Shown here piece by piece: positions 9,907-20,700 of a stretch of 64,000 nucleotides of DNA (positions are counted from its first letter, which is position 1; each line of letters begins with the position of its first letter). The notes under the pieces were generated by a model, which saw only the letters and a program-made list of their open reading frames with translations, made no database searches and was not told the DNA's origin. The stretch is from an uncultured virus (IMG/VR IMGVR_UViG_3300020073_000092) (taxonomy: Duplodnaviria > Heunggongvirae > Uroviricota > Caudoviricetes): IMG/VR virus record IMGVR_UViG_3300020073_000092; one strand, given 5' to 3'. A program made the position numbers and the translations under genes.

Positions 9907-11073
9907 ATGAAAAATGAATATATACGGACAAGTATTATTATCTTGAGCTATAATGCCTTAGAGTATACACAGCTTTGTTTGGAGAGTATCCACAAAAACA
10001 CTCGGCAGGGAACGTATGAAATCATCGTAGTGGACAATGGTTCCACGGATGGTTCGGCAGAATGGCTGCAAAGTCAAAAATATATACGCTGTATATTAAA
10101 TAAAGATAATCAAGGTTTCCCAAAGGGCTGTAATCAAGGTTTGAAGATCGCTAAAGGTGAAAATTTACTCTTATTGAACAATGATACTATTGTCACTCCG
10201 GGATGGTTGGATAATATGCTGACTGCCTTGCATAGCAGGCCGGATATAGGAGCGGTCAGTTGTATGACTAACTGTTGCCAAAATGAGCAGGCACTTAGTT
10301 TGCCCTATCACTCCATTGAGGAACTTATGGAAGTATCGAGGGATTTTAACCAATCGAATTCTGCAAAGTGGTATTCGTGGATGATGCTGGTAGGTTTCTG
10401 TTTGCTCTTTAAGCGTGAGGTTTATACGCAGCTAGGCGATTTGGATGAGATGTTCAGTCCGGGCAATTTCGAGGATGATGATTATTGCCTGCGCATGCGC
10501 AAGGCTGGCTATGAATTGCTGTTATGCGGTGATACATACATTCATCACTTCGGCAGCGTGGCCTTCACGGGAAAAAATGATGCTGCCCAGCAGAAGGCCA
10601 AGGAAGATCGCTATAAAGCATTAGTTCTCAAAAATCGGGCATATTTTTTTCAAAAGTGGAACATTTTAGGAACATATCGTTCCCATTATAGGATGACGGA
10701 TTCGCTACTTAAAACACTAGCATCAGGACAGGAAGTTTTGATGGTAAACTGTGATTTAGGTTATGAACTCTACTGGCTGAAGCGAAGACAGCCGGATGTA
10801 GCGTTGTATGGCTTGACCTTAGATAAACTGGGCGTAGAGGTAACCGGGAAAACGTTCCCCCTATTTTTTTGCGAGGACTTTTGTGAAGGGCTGGAAAAGT
10901 ATTACCAGCAAAAACGCTTTGCACGGATTGCCGTGCTGGGAAATTATCAAAAATTGCCTAATGGTGAAGGCCTGATTCAGGCATTACAGCAGCACCTGAT
11001 CAATCCAGGTATACTATTTTTCGGTGATGAGGAGCATATCTACCATCTGTCGGTGGGGGATACTGGGATGTAA
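9907..11073 (+). CDS. GT2 family glycosyltransferase
   Basis: VVDNGSTD, LLNND and FEDDD motifs. Confidence 0.9.
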   Translation: MKNEYIRTSIIILSYNALEYTQLCLESIHKNTRQGTYEIIVVDNGSTDGSAEWLQSQKYIRCILNKDNQGFPKGCNQGLKIAKGENLLLLNNDTIVTPGWLDNMLTALHSRPDIGAVSCMTNCCQNEQALSLPYHSIEELMEVSRDFNQSNSAKWYSWMMLVGFCLLFKREVYTQLGDLDEMFSPGNFEDDDYCLRMRKAGYELLLCGDTYIHHFGSVAFTGKNDAAQQKAKEDRYKALVLKNRAYFFQKWNILGTYRSHYRMTDSLLKTLASGQEVLMVNCDLGYELYWLKRRQPDVALYGLTLDKLGVEVTGKTFPLFFCEDFCEGLEKYYQQKRFARIAVLGNYQKLPNGEGLIQALQQHLINPGILFFGDEEHIYHLSVGDTGM

Positions 11074-11078
11074 AAAAA

Positions 11079-12387
11079 TAACTATTCACCAGTAGTTTAA
11101 GAATCTCTTACAAATGTACGATAAACTAAATAAAATGGAAAGGAGGCGGCAATCATGATGACACCTGAGGAACAGGCGTATGTTCGCAAGCTAGAAGAAA
11201 CAATTGTTAAATTAGAAGCTCGCATAGCAGAACTAGAACGCCGTCTCAACATGAACAGCTCTAATAGTTCCAAACCGCCTTCCACGGATAAGCCAAACCA
11301 GAAAAAGCGCAGTCTCCGTAAACCGTCAGGAAAAAAGCCCGGCGGTCAAAGTGGACATAAGGGAACTACCTTGAAATTGCCCTGTGCACCATCCAAAATT
11401 ATTCCTTGCAATCCAAAAGAATGTGCAGGTTGTGCATTAGCAGTCCAGTGTCAAGGCAAATGCTTAGAAAGCCGCTATGAGATAGATGCTGAAATTACGG
11501 TGGTTGTCCATAAGTATTCACAGATGGAATATTTTTGTGTCCAAAATCAAACACCTGCCTTCGCGGAAATTTCCCGGAGAATATTACAGCAACAAAGTGC
11601 TATGGCCCTAAGATTCAGGCGTTAGCTATTGGCATGAACACCTATTGTGCTGTTTCGGTCAATAAAATACATGAATTTTTCATGTCCGTATTAAAACTGC
11701 CTGTAAGTACGGGATTTATTCATAATGCCGTAAAGAAAAATGCAGGCAAGCTCGATGATGCCATTAGCAGTATAAAAACAGCCTTATATTCTGCACCTGT
11801 CGTACATGCTGATGAAACAGGAGTGCGTGCATCAGGGGAAACAACATGGTTACATAATGTTTCCACCGAGATGTACACCTACCAGCATGTCAGCGAAAAA
11901 CGCGGGCAAGATGGCATGCGGGAGGGGGATTTTCTCCAACATTACAAAGGCATAGTGATCCACGACTGTTGGCGCCCCTATTGGAAATTCCAATTTGAAG
12001 CGCATGGGCTTTGCTACGCCCATATACTGCGGGAACTGCAAGGTGTTATAGATAACAATCCAAAGCAGGAATGGGCTGAACTTATGATATGGCTGCTTTG
12101 TAAGATGAAAAGCACCAAGGAAAAGCTCATGGATACGGGGAAAACATCTGCCAGTGCCTACTATTGCCGACTATACAAGGGATATTGGCAAGGCTTAATC
12201 TACCAAGGCAAGCAGAATAATCCCATAGAATACAGTGACAAGGGGAAAAGAAAACGGAATATTGCCAGACGATTGGCAGACCGACTGGATGAATACAGCG
12301 AGGATTTTTGTCGTTTCTTCTGGGACTTCCGTGTGCCCTTTGACAACAACCAAGCGGAACGGGATGTCAGACATGCCAAAGTCAAGA
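11079..12387 (+). mobile_element. IS66-family (ISBst12-like) element, right end deleted
   Basis: Left end TAACTATTCAC (terminal G missing); near-identical to 54283-55760 up to GTCAAGA at about 12387. Confidence 0.9.
11155..12387 (+). pseudogene. IS66 transposase, split by a -1 frameshift near 11535 and 3'-truncated
   Basis: NSSNSSKPPS, HADETG, HDCW and DNNQAERD motifs spread over two frames. Confidence 0.85.
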
Positions 12388-13345
12388 AAACGCTGGCTTC
12401 CCCAAGGGCTGCAATCAAGGTCTGGCGGTCGCCCAAGGGACAGAGTTTTTACTGCTGAACAACGATACCATCGTGACGCCGGGGTGGCTAACCAACCTGC
12501 GGATAGCCTTGTATAGTGCCGCAAATATCGGGGCTGTGGGCTGCCTGACCAATCACTCATCCAATGAGCAGGCCATCAGCCTGCCTTATCAATCGATTGA
12601 AGAACTAACGGAAGTTGCAGAAAAATTTAACCAATCCGATCCGGCGAAATGGTATCCATGGATGATGCTGGTGGGCTTTTGTTTGCTTTTTAAGCGTGAG
12701 GTCTATATGCGAATAGGTGGATTAGATGAAGCTTTCAGCCCCGGTAATTTTGAGGATGATGACTACTGCTTGCGCATGCGACAGGCTGGTTATGAGTTGT
12801 TACTGTGCGGTGATACTTACATCCATCACTTTGGCAGTGTCGCCTTTACCGGAAAAAACAATGCTGCCCAGCAGAGAGCCCAACAGGAACGCTACAACAA
12901 GTTGATTGAAAAAAATCGTAGTTATTTCATGCAAAAGTGGCACGTACAGGGAACATATCGTTCACATTACGAAATGACGGACCTATTGCTAAAGGAAATA
13001 ACAGGGAAAGAGGACGTACTCTTGGTCAACTGTGACATGGGCTATGAACTGTTTTGGCTGAAACGGCGAGCCCCGGAAACCACTGTCTATGGACTTACCA
13101 CGGATAAATTGGGGGTTGAGGTGACGGGAAAAAGTTTTCCTTTATATGTATGCCATGACTTTATGGATGGATTGGTCAAACATTATGCCGAGAAAAAATT
13201 TGCCCGAATTGTCTTGCTGGGGAATTATAAGAAACGAGTGCAGGGGGATAGACTGATTCAGACATTGCGTCAGCATTTGACGGAGGACGGTCTGCTGTTC
13301 TTTGGTGATGCAGAGCGTATATACCGCATGCCCGCTCATGATTAG
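12386..13345 (+). pseudogene. 5'-truncated GT2 glycosyltransferase, paralog of 9907-11073
   Basis: Frame reads ENAGFPKGCNQGL...LLNNDTIVTPGWL directly after the IS junction; roughly 65 N-terminal residues are missing. Confidence 0.85.
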
Positions 13346-13552
13346 TGGCTTTGCCTACATAATAAACAGAAAAAAAGATATATTGGCCGCAAAATATTAA
13401 GAAAAATAGCAAAGTAACGATAATATAGTTAGCAAATATGAAGGATTAAGAAAATTTTTGTGGAATAATATAATCGTATAAGGATTAAATATTCTCAATA
13501 TGCGTGTTCGTACTGTACTGGCGCAGAAATTATCATTGAGAGGGCGATGTAG

Positions 13553-14132
13553 ATGGCTATCCAAAAAAGACTTTTGTCAATACTGAAAAATGCCTATGCA
13601 GCCCTCGAGATGGTGCCAGTGGGAAATCTGCGGGACACGTATGTACTTTTACAGAGAATAAAAGAAGCGCAGGCCCTGTGTAGAAAAGGGCTGCCCCAAA
13701 CTGCTTATGGGGAATATGGAGAAATCTATGACGGACTGGTGACGGCTCTCAATCAGGTTCTTTCCGGGAAAGCTGGAAATGACTCGCAGGAGATCCTATT
13801 CTTGTGCAAGGAACTCTTGCAAGAGCTTGTAGAGGAGACCACCAAGGAAAACAAATTCAAGAAGGAGATGTTCTTCCTGCCCTATAAAGCCAGTATGTGG
13901 GATAGTCTGGAAAGCGTGTGGAAGGCAGCAGATGAGGACAAAGAAAACTGTCTTGCCTATGTAATGCCGATTCCTTACTGCGACAGAAATCCAGATGGAA
14001 CTGCCAGAGAGTGGCATTGTGAGCGAGATTTGTTCCCAAAGGATGTACCCACTTTGGATTGGCGGGAAATAGATTTGAAGCTGATGCACCCAGATGTGAT
14101 TTTTTATCATTATCCCTACGACAACTGCAATC
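13553..14132 (+). pseudogene. 5' fragment of a CDP-glycerol glycerophosphotransferase-like protein
   Basis: Paralog of 14513-15781 up to YPYDNCN, then unrelated sequence. Confidence 0.8.
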
Positions 14133-14140
14133 AATTTAAC

Positions 14141-14259
14141 CACAATTCGATACAATTCCGAAAATTAGGTGCATGCCCGAACCCCCTTGAAACAAGAGGA
14201 TTCGGGGATTTAGCTAATTTTGAATCTGACGTATTGTATCAAATAAGTGTCTGATTGTG
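14141..14259. repeat. Long imperfect nested palindrome
   Basis: Pairs GATACAAT/ATTGTATC, AAAATTAG/CTAATTTT, CCCGAA/TTCGGG, CTTG-AAA-CAAG. Confidence 0.7.
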
Positions 14260-14277
14260 AAATATAGACTTCGCTTG

Positions 14278-14364
14278 GGTGCAAATGGGTGCATTTTGGG
14301 TGCAGCGGGTGCATCCTTGGTGCAAATTGGTGCACCCGGGTGCAGATGGGTGCATTTTGGCGCA
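14278..14364 (+). repeat. Array of nine GG(T/C)GCA hexamers at about 10 bp period
   Basis: Copies start at 14278, 14288, 14299, 14308, 14319, 14329, 14339, 14349 and 14359. Confidence 0.9.
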
Positions 14365-14414
14365 CCCACCCCCAAAAGCATACTGAGATTGTATGAGATA
14401 GTGTGTGTCCATTA

Positions 14415-14462
14415 GCCTTCCCCTATGGGGAAGGTGGCAGACCGAAGGTCTGACGGATGAGG
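14415..14462. repeat. REP-like double hairpin
   Basis: CCTTCCCC-TAT-GGGGAAGG followed by CAGACC-GAA-GGTCTG and GGATGAGG. Confidence 0.65.
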
Positions 14463-14512
14463 TTTTCGTAGCCTCACCAGTTAATGAAAACTCTTTCCAG
14501 GAGGTGAACCCC

Positions 14513-15781
14513 ATGGCCATCAAAAATAGACTCCTATCCAAACTGAAATCCACCTGTGTACTCATGAACATGGCAGCCATCTCCCATCCCCAGAAGATGC
14601 ATCCCGTGTACCGCAAGCTAGTGGAGGCTAGGGAATTATGCCAGCAGGGACTGACTGAGAGCAATTTTGCCAAGTACGCGGAAGTCTATGACGGAGTTAT
14701 CATGGCCGTCAAGCAGGTGTTGGATGGAGGGGTCGGCAGTGACACTCAGGAGATCGTGGGTCTCTGCCAGGAACTTTTGCAGCATATTATGGTGGAGACT
14801 TCCAAAGAGGAACATTTCAAGAAAGAAATGGTGTTCCTGCCATATAAGTATTCCATGTGGGATTCCTTGGAGAGCGTGTGGCGGGCAGCCTATGAAGATA
14901 AGGACAACTGTCTGGCTTATGTGATTCCTATCCCTTATTGCGACAGGAATCCTGATGGCACTGCCAAGGAGTGGCATTGCGAGAGGGAGTTTTTCCCAGC
15001 GGATATTCCCACGCTGGACTGGCAGGAAGTGGACTTGAAGGTCATGCATCCTGATGTGATTTTCTTTCATTACCCCTACGACAACTGCAATCGGGTTACG
15101 AGCCCCAGCCAAGAATACTACAGCAGTAATCTTAAAATGTGCACGGACAAGCTTGTTTATATACCGTATTTTGTTACTGGCAAGACAGTCAAACCTAACT
15201 TTATTCAAGAACCAGGAGTCAATAATGCTGATTATGTCATTGTAGAAAATGAAAAAATTAAAGCGATTTATGAGGAATACTATTCAGTGGGGGAACTTCC
15301 TGAAGGCAAGATTCTCGCTCTTGGTTCGCCTAAATATGACAAGGTTATTGCAGCAAGGAAAGAGGAATATCCCTTACCTGAGGCTTGGGAGCGTCTGATA
15401 GCTGGACGTAAAATTATTCTTTACAATACCAGCTTGCAGGCGCATTTAGTTCATTCGGATAAAATTTTAGAGAAGCTATATTCTGTACTCCTTTATTTCA
15501 AGGAACGAAAGGATTTAGCATTTTGGTGGCGTCCGCATCCGCTGATGGAAGCAACACTGGATTCTATGTTGCCTCATGTAGCATCGGTTTATCGGGAGGT
15601 ACGTGATGCTTATGTGAAGGAGGGGTGGGGGATATATGATGATACCCCAGAGATGGAACGAGCTATTGTGTGGAGCGATGCTTATTATGGGGATACTAGT
15701 TCCATGGTGGAGTTGTATAGCAAGACGGGCAAACCTATAATGATACAGGACATGGAAGTTAAGAATATTAAGTTGGGATGA
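14513..15781 (+). CDS. CDP-glycerol glycerophosphotransferase-like (GT-B fold) protein
   Basis: AGGAGGTG RBS before ATG 14513; LVYIPY, LGSPKYD, WRPHP and DAYYGDTSS motifs. Confidence 0.7.
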   Translation: MAIKNRLLSKLKSTCVLMNMAAISHPQKMHPVYRKLVEARELCQQGLTESNFAKYAEVYDGVIMAVKQVLDGGVGSDTQEIVGLCQELLQHIMVETSKEEHFKKEMVFLPYKYSMWDSLESVWRAAYEDKDNCLAYVIPIPYCDRNPDGTAKEWHCEREFFPADIPTLDWQEVDLKVMHPDVIFFHYPYDNCNRVTSPSQEYYSSNLKMCTDKLVYIPYFVTGKTVKPNFIQEPGVNNADYVIVENEKIKAIYEEYYSVGELPEGKILALGSPKYDKVIAARKEEYPLPEAWERLIAGRKIILYNTSLQAHLVHSDKILEKLYSVLLYFKERKDLAFWWRPHPLMEATLDSMLPHVASVYREVRDAYVKEGWGIYDDTPEMERAIVWSDAYYGDTSSMVELYSKTGKPIMIQDMEVKNIKLG

Positions 15782-15823
15782 TGAGAAATTCCTGCTAGGT
15801 CGTATAAATGAAGGTAACAGATT

Positions 15824-17608
15824 ATGTTAAGTAGATATCAAATATCTCAAAGTATCATGACATATAGGAAAGAGGGAGACTTCGAAAAAGCTGCAGAGGA
15901 AGCTGATAAGGGAATTGCGTTGTATCCTCAGGATAATTTCTACTATAAAATTAAGGGCGATTTATTACTGGAGCAACGAATCTATACTAAGGCAGCTGAT
16001 GCGTATAAAGATTTTTTAGAGCATCTTAATGAAAGTAAGCTACAGTATTTTAGACATTTTGCAAAATTTTGGAAATTCTATTCACAAAGTGTTGATTATG
16101 TAGAGAAAAATAAATTATATCAAGATATAAAAGATAGGGCTAATAATGATAAATATAATACTTTAGTTTGTCGTGAATTAGTAAGGTTATTTTGGAATGA
16201 GAAGATTGAAACAGATGTATCTTTTGAATATGTAATAAAAAAAAATAATAAGCACTTTGTAAAATGGTTGAGAAATCATGAGGAGTCAAAGCAACTATGG
16301 GAGATGTATTGTTTTCTTTTTTGGCTTAATGAAAGTATAGTAATGGATGTGCTGAAGATAGAAAACAATCGATGTGTTGTGCGAAATGTTTTATATACGG
16401 TGTCTGTTATGGAACGTTTTGGACTTTACAAGGAGGGAGTTGAACTCGTAAGTTGGTTTTTGAAAAGAAGTAGTGATGAGGTGGCGGTGCGATCTCTATT
16501 TAGGTTATGCCGAAAAATTGGAAGTTATGAAGCCGCAGATAAATACTTAAGTGCGAATCCGAATATAGTAGATAAGGCGAAATTCAATATTCAGTATGAA
16601 CTTTTTTATTACTATTTATCTTCTGGTGATGAAGAACATCTTCAGAAAACGTTGCGATGTTTAAGGCAAAGTGCAAATGATAGTATTCCTATTAGCAGAA
16701 CTGTGCAAAATTTTTATATACAGTTAGGTAAATTTGATGATGCACAAGATATGCAAAAAAATATTTCGAAGTTAAGGGCTAAGAAAGAATATTCAAAGAC
16801 AGCTGAGGGGGAAGCTGAGGCGATAGAAGCCACAGAAGGCGTATTATATACATTTAAAAATATCGTAACTGAACAGGAACATGCGCGTCAACTAATTGCC
16901 GTAAAAGAACTTTTAAGGGGCTTTTCGCACGAATTGGGTCAACCGATTACCAATATACGTTATGGTATACAACTATATCAGATGAAGATGGAAAGACATA
17001 TGGAATCAGTAGAGGAGCTGAATGCTCTGCTGGATAATATATTAAAGCAAACGGAACGTTTGCATAGATTGTTAAATATTTTTTCCCCTATTGTAGATGG
17101 GAAGAATGGAAATATGTTTTTTAATTGCATAAATAACATACATCAAGTTTTTGAAGACATGAGACCGCGGCTTGAAAAGTTAGGAATTTGTTATGATATA
17201 ACAGGGGTAGAAAGTTTTATTGTATATGGTGACCCAGTAAAATTTGATCAAGTTTTTTATAATCTTGTTGCCAATTCGGCAGATGAACTGGTAAATAAAT
17301 TGGGATTTAAGCAGATATTAGTTAATGCAGCGATGAGCGGCGACAGATTGCGAATCTCATTTCGTGATAATGGTAAGGGGATACCAAAAGAGATTTGTAG
17401 AAAGATTTTTCATCCGTTCTTTTCAACAAAAAATAAGAATTTTTCTGATGGAGGGACTGGTTTGGGGTTGTACATTGTTTGGAATATCATTAAAATGTAT
17501 GGTGGTTCGATATATGTTAATTCTAAATGCCTAGGGGGAGCAGAATTTATTATTATAATGAATAAAGGAGAAGTGAAAGATGTACCAGATACTTATAATA
17601 GAAGATGA
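15824..17608 (+). CDS. Soluble sensor histidine kinase with N-terminal TPR region
   Basis: H-box FSHELGQP, N-box NLVANS, G1 DNGKGIP, F-box FHPFFSTK, G2 GGTGLGL; TPR-like N-terminus; no transmembrane segment seen. Confidence 0.9.
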   Translation: MLSRYQISQSIMTYRKEGDFEKAAEEADKGIALYPQDNFYYKIKGDLLLEQRIYTKAADAYKDFLEHLNESKLQYFRHFAKFWKFYSQSVDYVEKNKLYQDIKDRANNDKYNTLVCRELVRLFWNEKIETDVSFEYVIKKNNKHFVKWLRNHEESKQLWEMYCFLFWLNESIVMDVLKIENNRCVVRNVLYTVSVMERFGLYKEGVELVSWFLKRSSDEVAVRSLFRLCRKIGSYEAADKYLSANPNIVDKAKFNIQYELFYYYLSSGDEEHLQKTLRCLRQSANDSIPISRTVQNFYIQLGKFDDAQDMQKNISKLRAKKEYSKTAEGEAEAIEATEGVLYTFKNIVTEQEHARQLIAVKELLRGFSHELGQPITNIRYGIQLYQMKMERHMESVEELNALLDNILKQTERLHRLLNIFSPIVDGKNGNMFFNCINNIHQVFEDMRPRLEKLGICYDITGVESFIVYGDPVKFDQVFYNLVANSADELVNKLGFKQILVNAAMSGDRLRISFRDNGKGIPKEICRKIFHPFFSTKNKNFSDGGTGLGLYIVWNIIKMYGGSIYVNSKCLGGAEFIIIMNKGEVKDVPDTYNRR

Positions 17609-17996
17609 AAAGGATACAGCTAATCCGGTTAAGGGAGCATTGGAACTAGAAGGTTTTATGGCTGATATAGCTAATAATGGTGATGAAGCAATTAAGATGT
17701 TTGGTCAAAAGGAATATGATTTAGTGCTATTGGATATTGGCTTGCCAGGAATGTCTGGTGAGGAGGTATTAAGAAGAATAAGAGATGAGAATCCGTACGT
17801 TTATGTGATAGTTTACACAAATTATGAAGCTTTTGAAGATATAAAAAAACTTACCAATATTGGTATTGATGGATACATAAATAAAGGAGGAAGTGCGGAT
17901 TTAAGTGAGCTTGTAAAGATTATTAAAGATAAACTCAAACCCCTCGATGAAATTGGAGTAAAAAAATTATTAAGAGAGGATGCCATAGTATCATGA
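17580..17996 (+). CDS. Stand-alone response regulator receiver (no output domain)
   Basis: IIEDE, phospho-acceptor LLDIGLPG, YT and YINK motifs; 138 aa. Confidence 0.9.
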   Translation: MYQILIIEDEKDTANPVKGALELEGFMADIANNGDEAIKMFGQKEYDLVLLDIGLPGMSGEEVLRRIRDENPYVYVIVYTNYEAFEDIKKLTNIGIDGYINKGGSADLSELVKIIKDKLKPLDEIGVKKLLREDAIVS

Positions 17997-18577
17997 ACTA
18001 TCTCATAGATACAAATGTATTCTTTGACGTTTTGCGACAAGGAGAAGGGAGCACAGAAGACTCTTTTGAATTTGGATTAAAAGAGGCACAAAAGGGGGAG
18101 TGCTATATATCATATATTACACAAATTGAAATAATTTCTGTAATAGGTAAATACGCTAGAGGCGGAACAAATGATTGGCAACAATGCAAACGTCAAATAG
18201 AGTTAGAAGATGGGAATTTTGGGATGTGCTCTAACAGGTGCCGTGTGGAAGCGCCACGGAAAAAATGGCCATCAAAGAGAATAGGTGCTCTGAGAAAATT
18301 ATTGAAAGACATTCTGGCTGGTGAGAGCGATGTTTTAAGTGTAAAAGTCTTAGATATAAACAAAAATGTTTTACAAGAGGCATCATCATTTATAGAAAGA
18401 GCAGTAAGATTTCGGTTTGGATCACTGGATGCTATTATCGCTGGAACAGCTAAAAGTTACAAAGACTTAGACTTATATGTGGTTACTAAGGATAAGGGGT
18501 TTCGTGCTGCTCTTTTTGTTACGGGGATACCATTATATAAGGAGGATAATAAAGAAACTATAAATGGTATGGCATAA
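17993..18577 (+). CDS. PIN-domain (VapC-like) nuclease with a Cys-containing insertion
   Basis: YLIDTNV, QIEI, LDAIIAGTA and VVTKDKGF acidic motifs; ATGA overlap with the receiver gene. Confidence 0.8.
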   Translation: MNYLIDTNVFFDVLRQGEGSTEDSFEFGLKEAQKGECYISYITQIEIISVIGKYARGGTNDWQQCKRQIELEDGNFGMCSNRCRVEAPRKKWPSKRIGALRKLLKDILAGESDVLSVKVLDINKNVLQEASSFIERAVRFRFGSLDAIIAGTAKSYKDLDLYVVTKDKGFRAALFVTGIPLYKEDNKETINGMA

Positions 18578-18742
18578 ATTGAAGTGAGAAAGTCAGATCG
18601 AAAAATAAAAGTATTCTTGTTGTTAGATTCGATGGATATTGTGTGATGCTAGTTCTGTTATTCAGCTAGATATTAAGGCAGTGAAGCTTATTTATTATAT
18701 GGAATGTAGAAGTGAATCATATCATATAGCAGGAGGCGATGA

Positions 18743-19729
<987 letters not shown>

Positions 19730-19762
19730 TGGCTTGATATGATGTTGGCAATTGGAGGCTCT

Positions 19763-20687
19763 ATGGACAAATTATCTTTGCTGTCAAGAATTCGCAGCAT
19801 ATATGAGGCAAATTCCAATATAATGCAATACCTAAGAGATTTATCGGGTAGCCATGAGAATTCAACGGATGATATTATGATATCCTATGATTTTCAGGCA
19901 GGAAGCTATATAGAAGGGTATTTAGTAAATCCAAAATGGAAAGACAAATACTTGGAGCGATTGGTAAGAATATTTGAGGAATTGCCAGGTAGTAAGAAAT
20001 CTGTTTTTGAGGCAGGCGTTGGAGAAGCAACAACACTGATACCTTTTATAAATCTTCTCAACAAGGATGTTTGTTCAGGGGGGGGTGGACATATCCTGGT
20101 CACGAGTCAGAGCAGGACAGGATTTTTCAAAGAAGAATCTTGGCAAGGGGGATAGAATGCCCGTTTTGGCCATGGCTGATATGTTTTCACTGCCTTTGGC
20201 AAATTCTTCGGTGGACATCGTTTATACAAATCACGCAATGGAACCAAATGGTGGACATGAAGCAGATTTGCTAAAAGAATTGTATCGCGTTGCGCGGGAA
20301 TATTTGATTTTATTGGAGCCAGCGTATGAATTTGCGAGTGCAGAAGCCAAGGCTAGAATGGAGAGAAACGGATATATAAAAAATTTGTATCAGACTGCAA
20401 AATCGCTGAAATATGATGTTTTGACGTGGGAGTTATATGGGGAGTCAGCCAATCCTTTGAATCCTACAGGTTTGATGATAATTAGAAAACATCCATTAGA
20501 GGAATCTAGCGAGAAAGAGATAAAAGGGATCAATTACGTGTGCCCATTGACCCATAGTAATATGGAAATAATGGGTAATGTATATTATTCGAAAGAAAGC
20601 ATGCTGGCGTATCCTATTATTAACGGTGTGCCATGCTTATTGAGTGAATATGCGGTGGTTGCAACTAAAATGTCGGATTATTTCTAA
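19763..20687 (+). pseudogene. SAM methyltransferase with C-terminal Trm112-like domain, frameshifted at a G8 tract (20078-20085)
   Basis: FEAGVGEAT in the first frame; GVDISWSR...YVCPL...YPIINGVP in the +1 frame; G7 restores one ORF. Confidence 0.8.
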
Positions 20688-20700
20688 CGGGTATGAAAAA

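Noticed and set aside
14278..14364. CRISPR array
   Set aside because: Repeats are 6 bp with 3-5 bp linkers; no spacers and no cas genes
14405..14512. N-terminal extension of the 458-aa ORF
   Set aside because: It runs through the REP-like hairpin; a strong RBS and the paralog alignment place the start at 14513
14239..14673. 144-aa minus-strand ORF with CT/AP repeats
   Set aside because: Translation of the GGTGCA array plus antisense of a real gene
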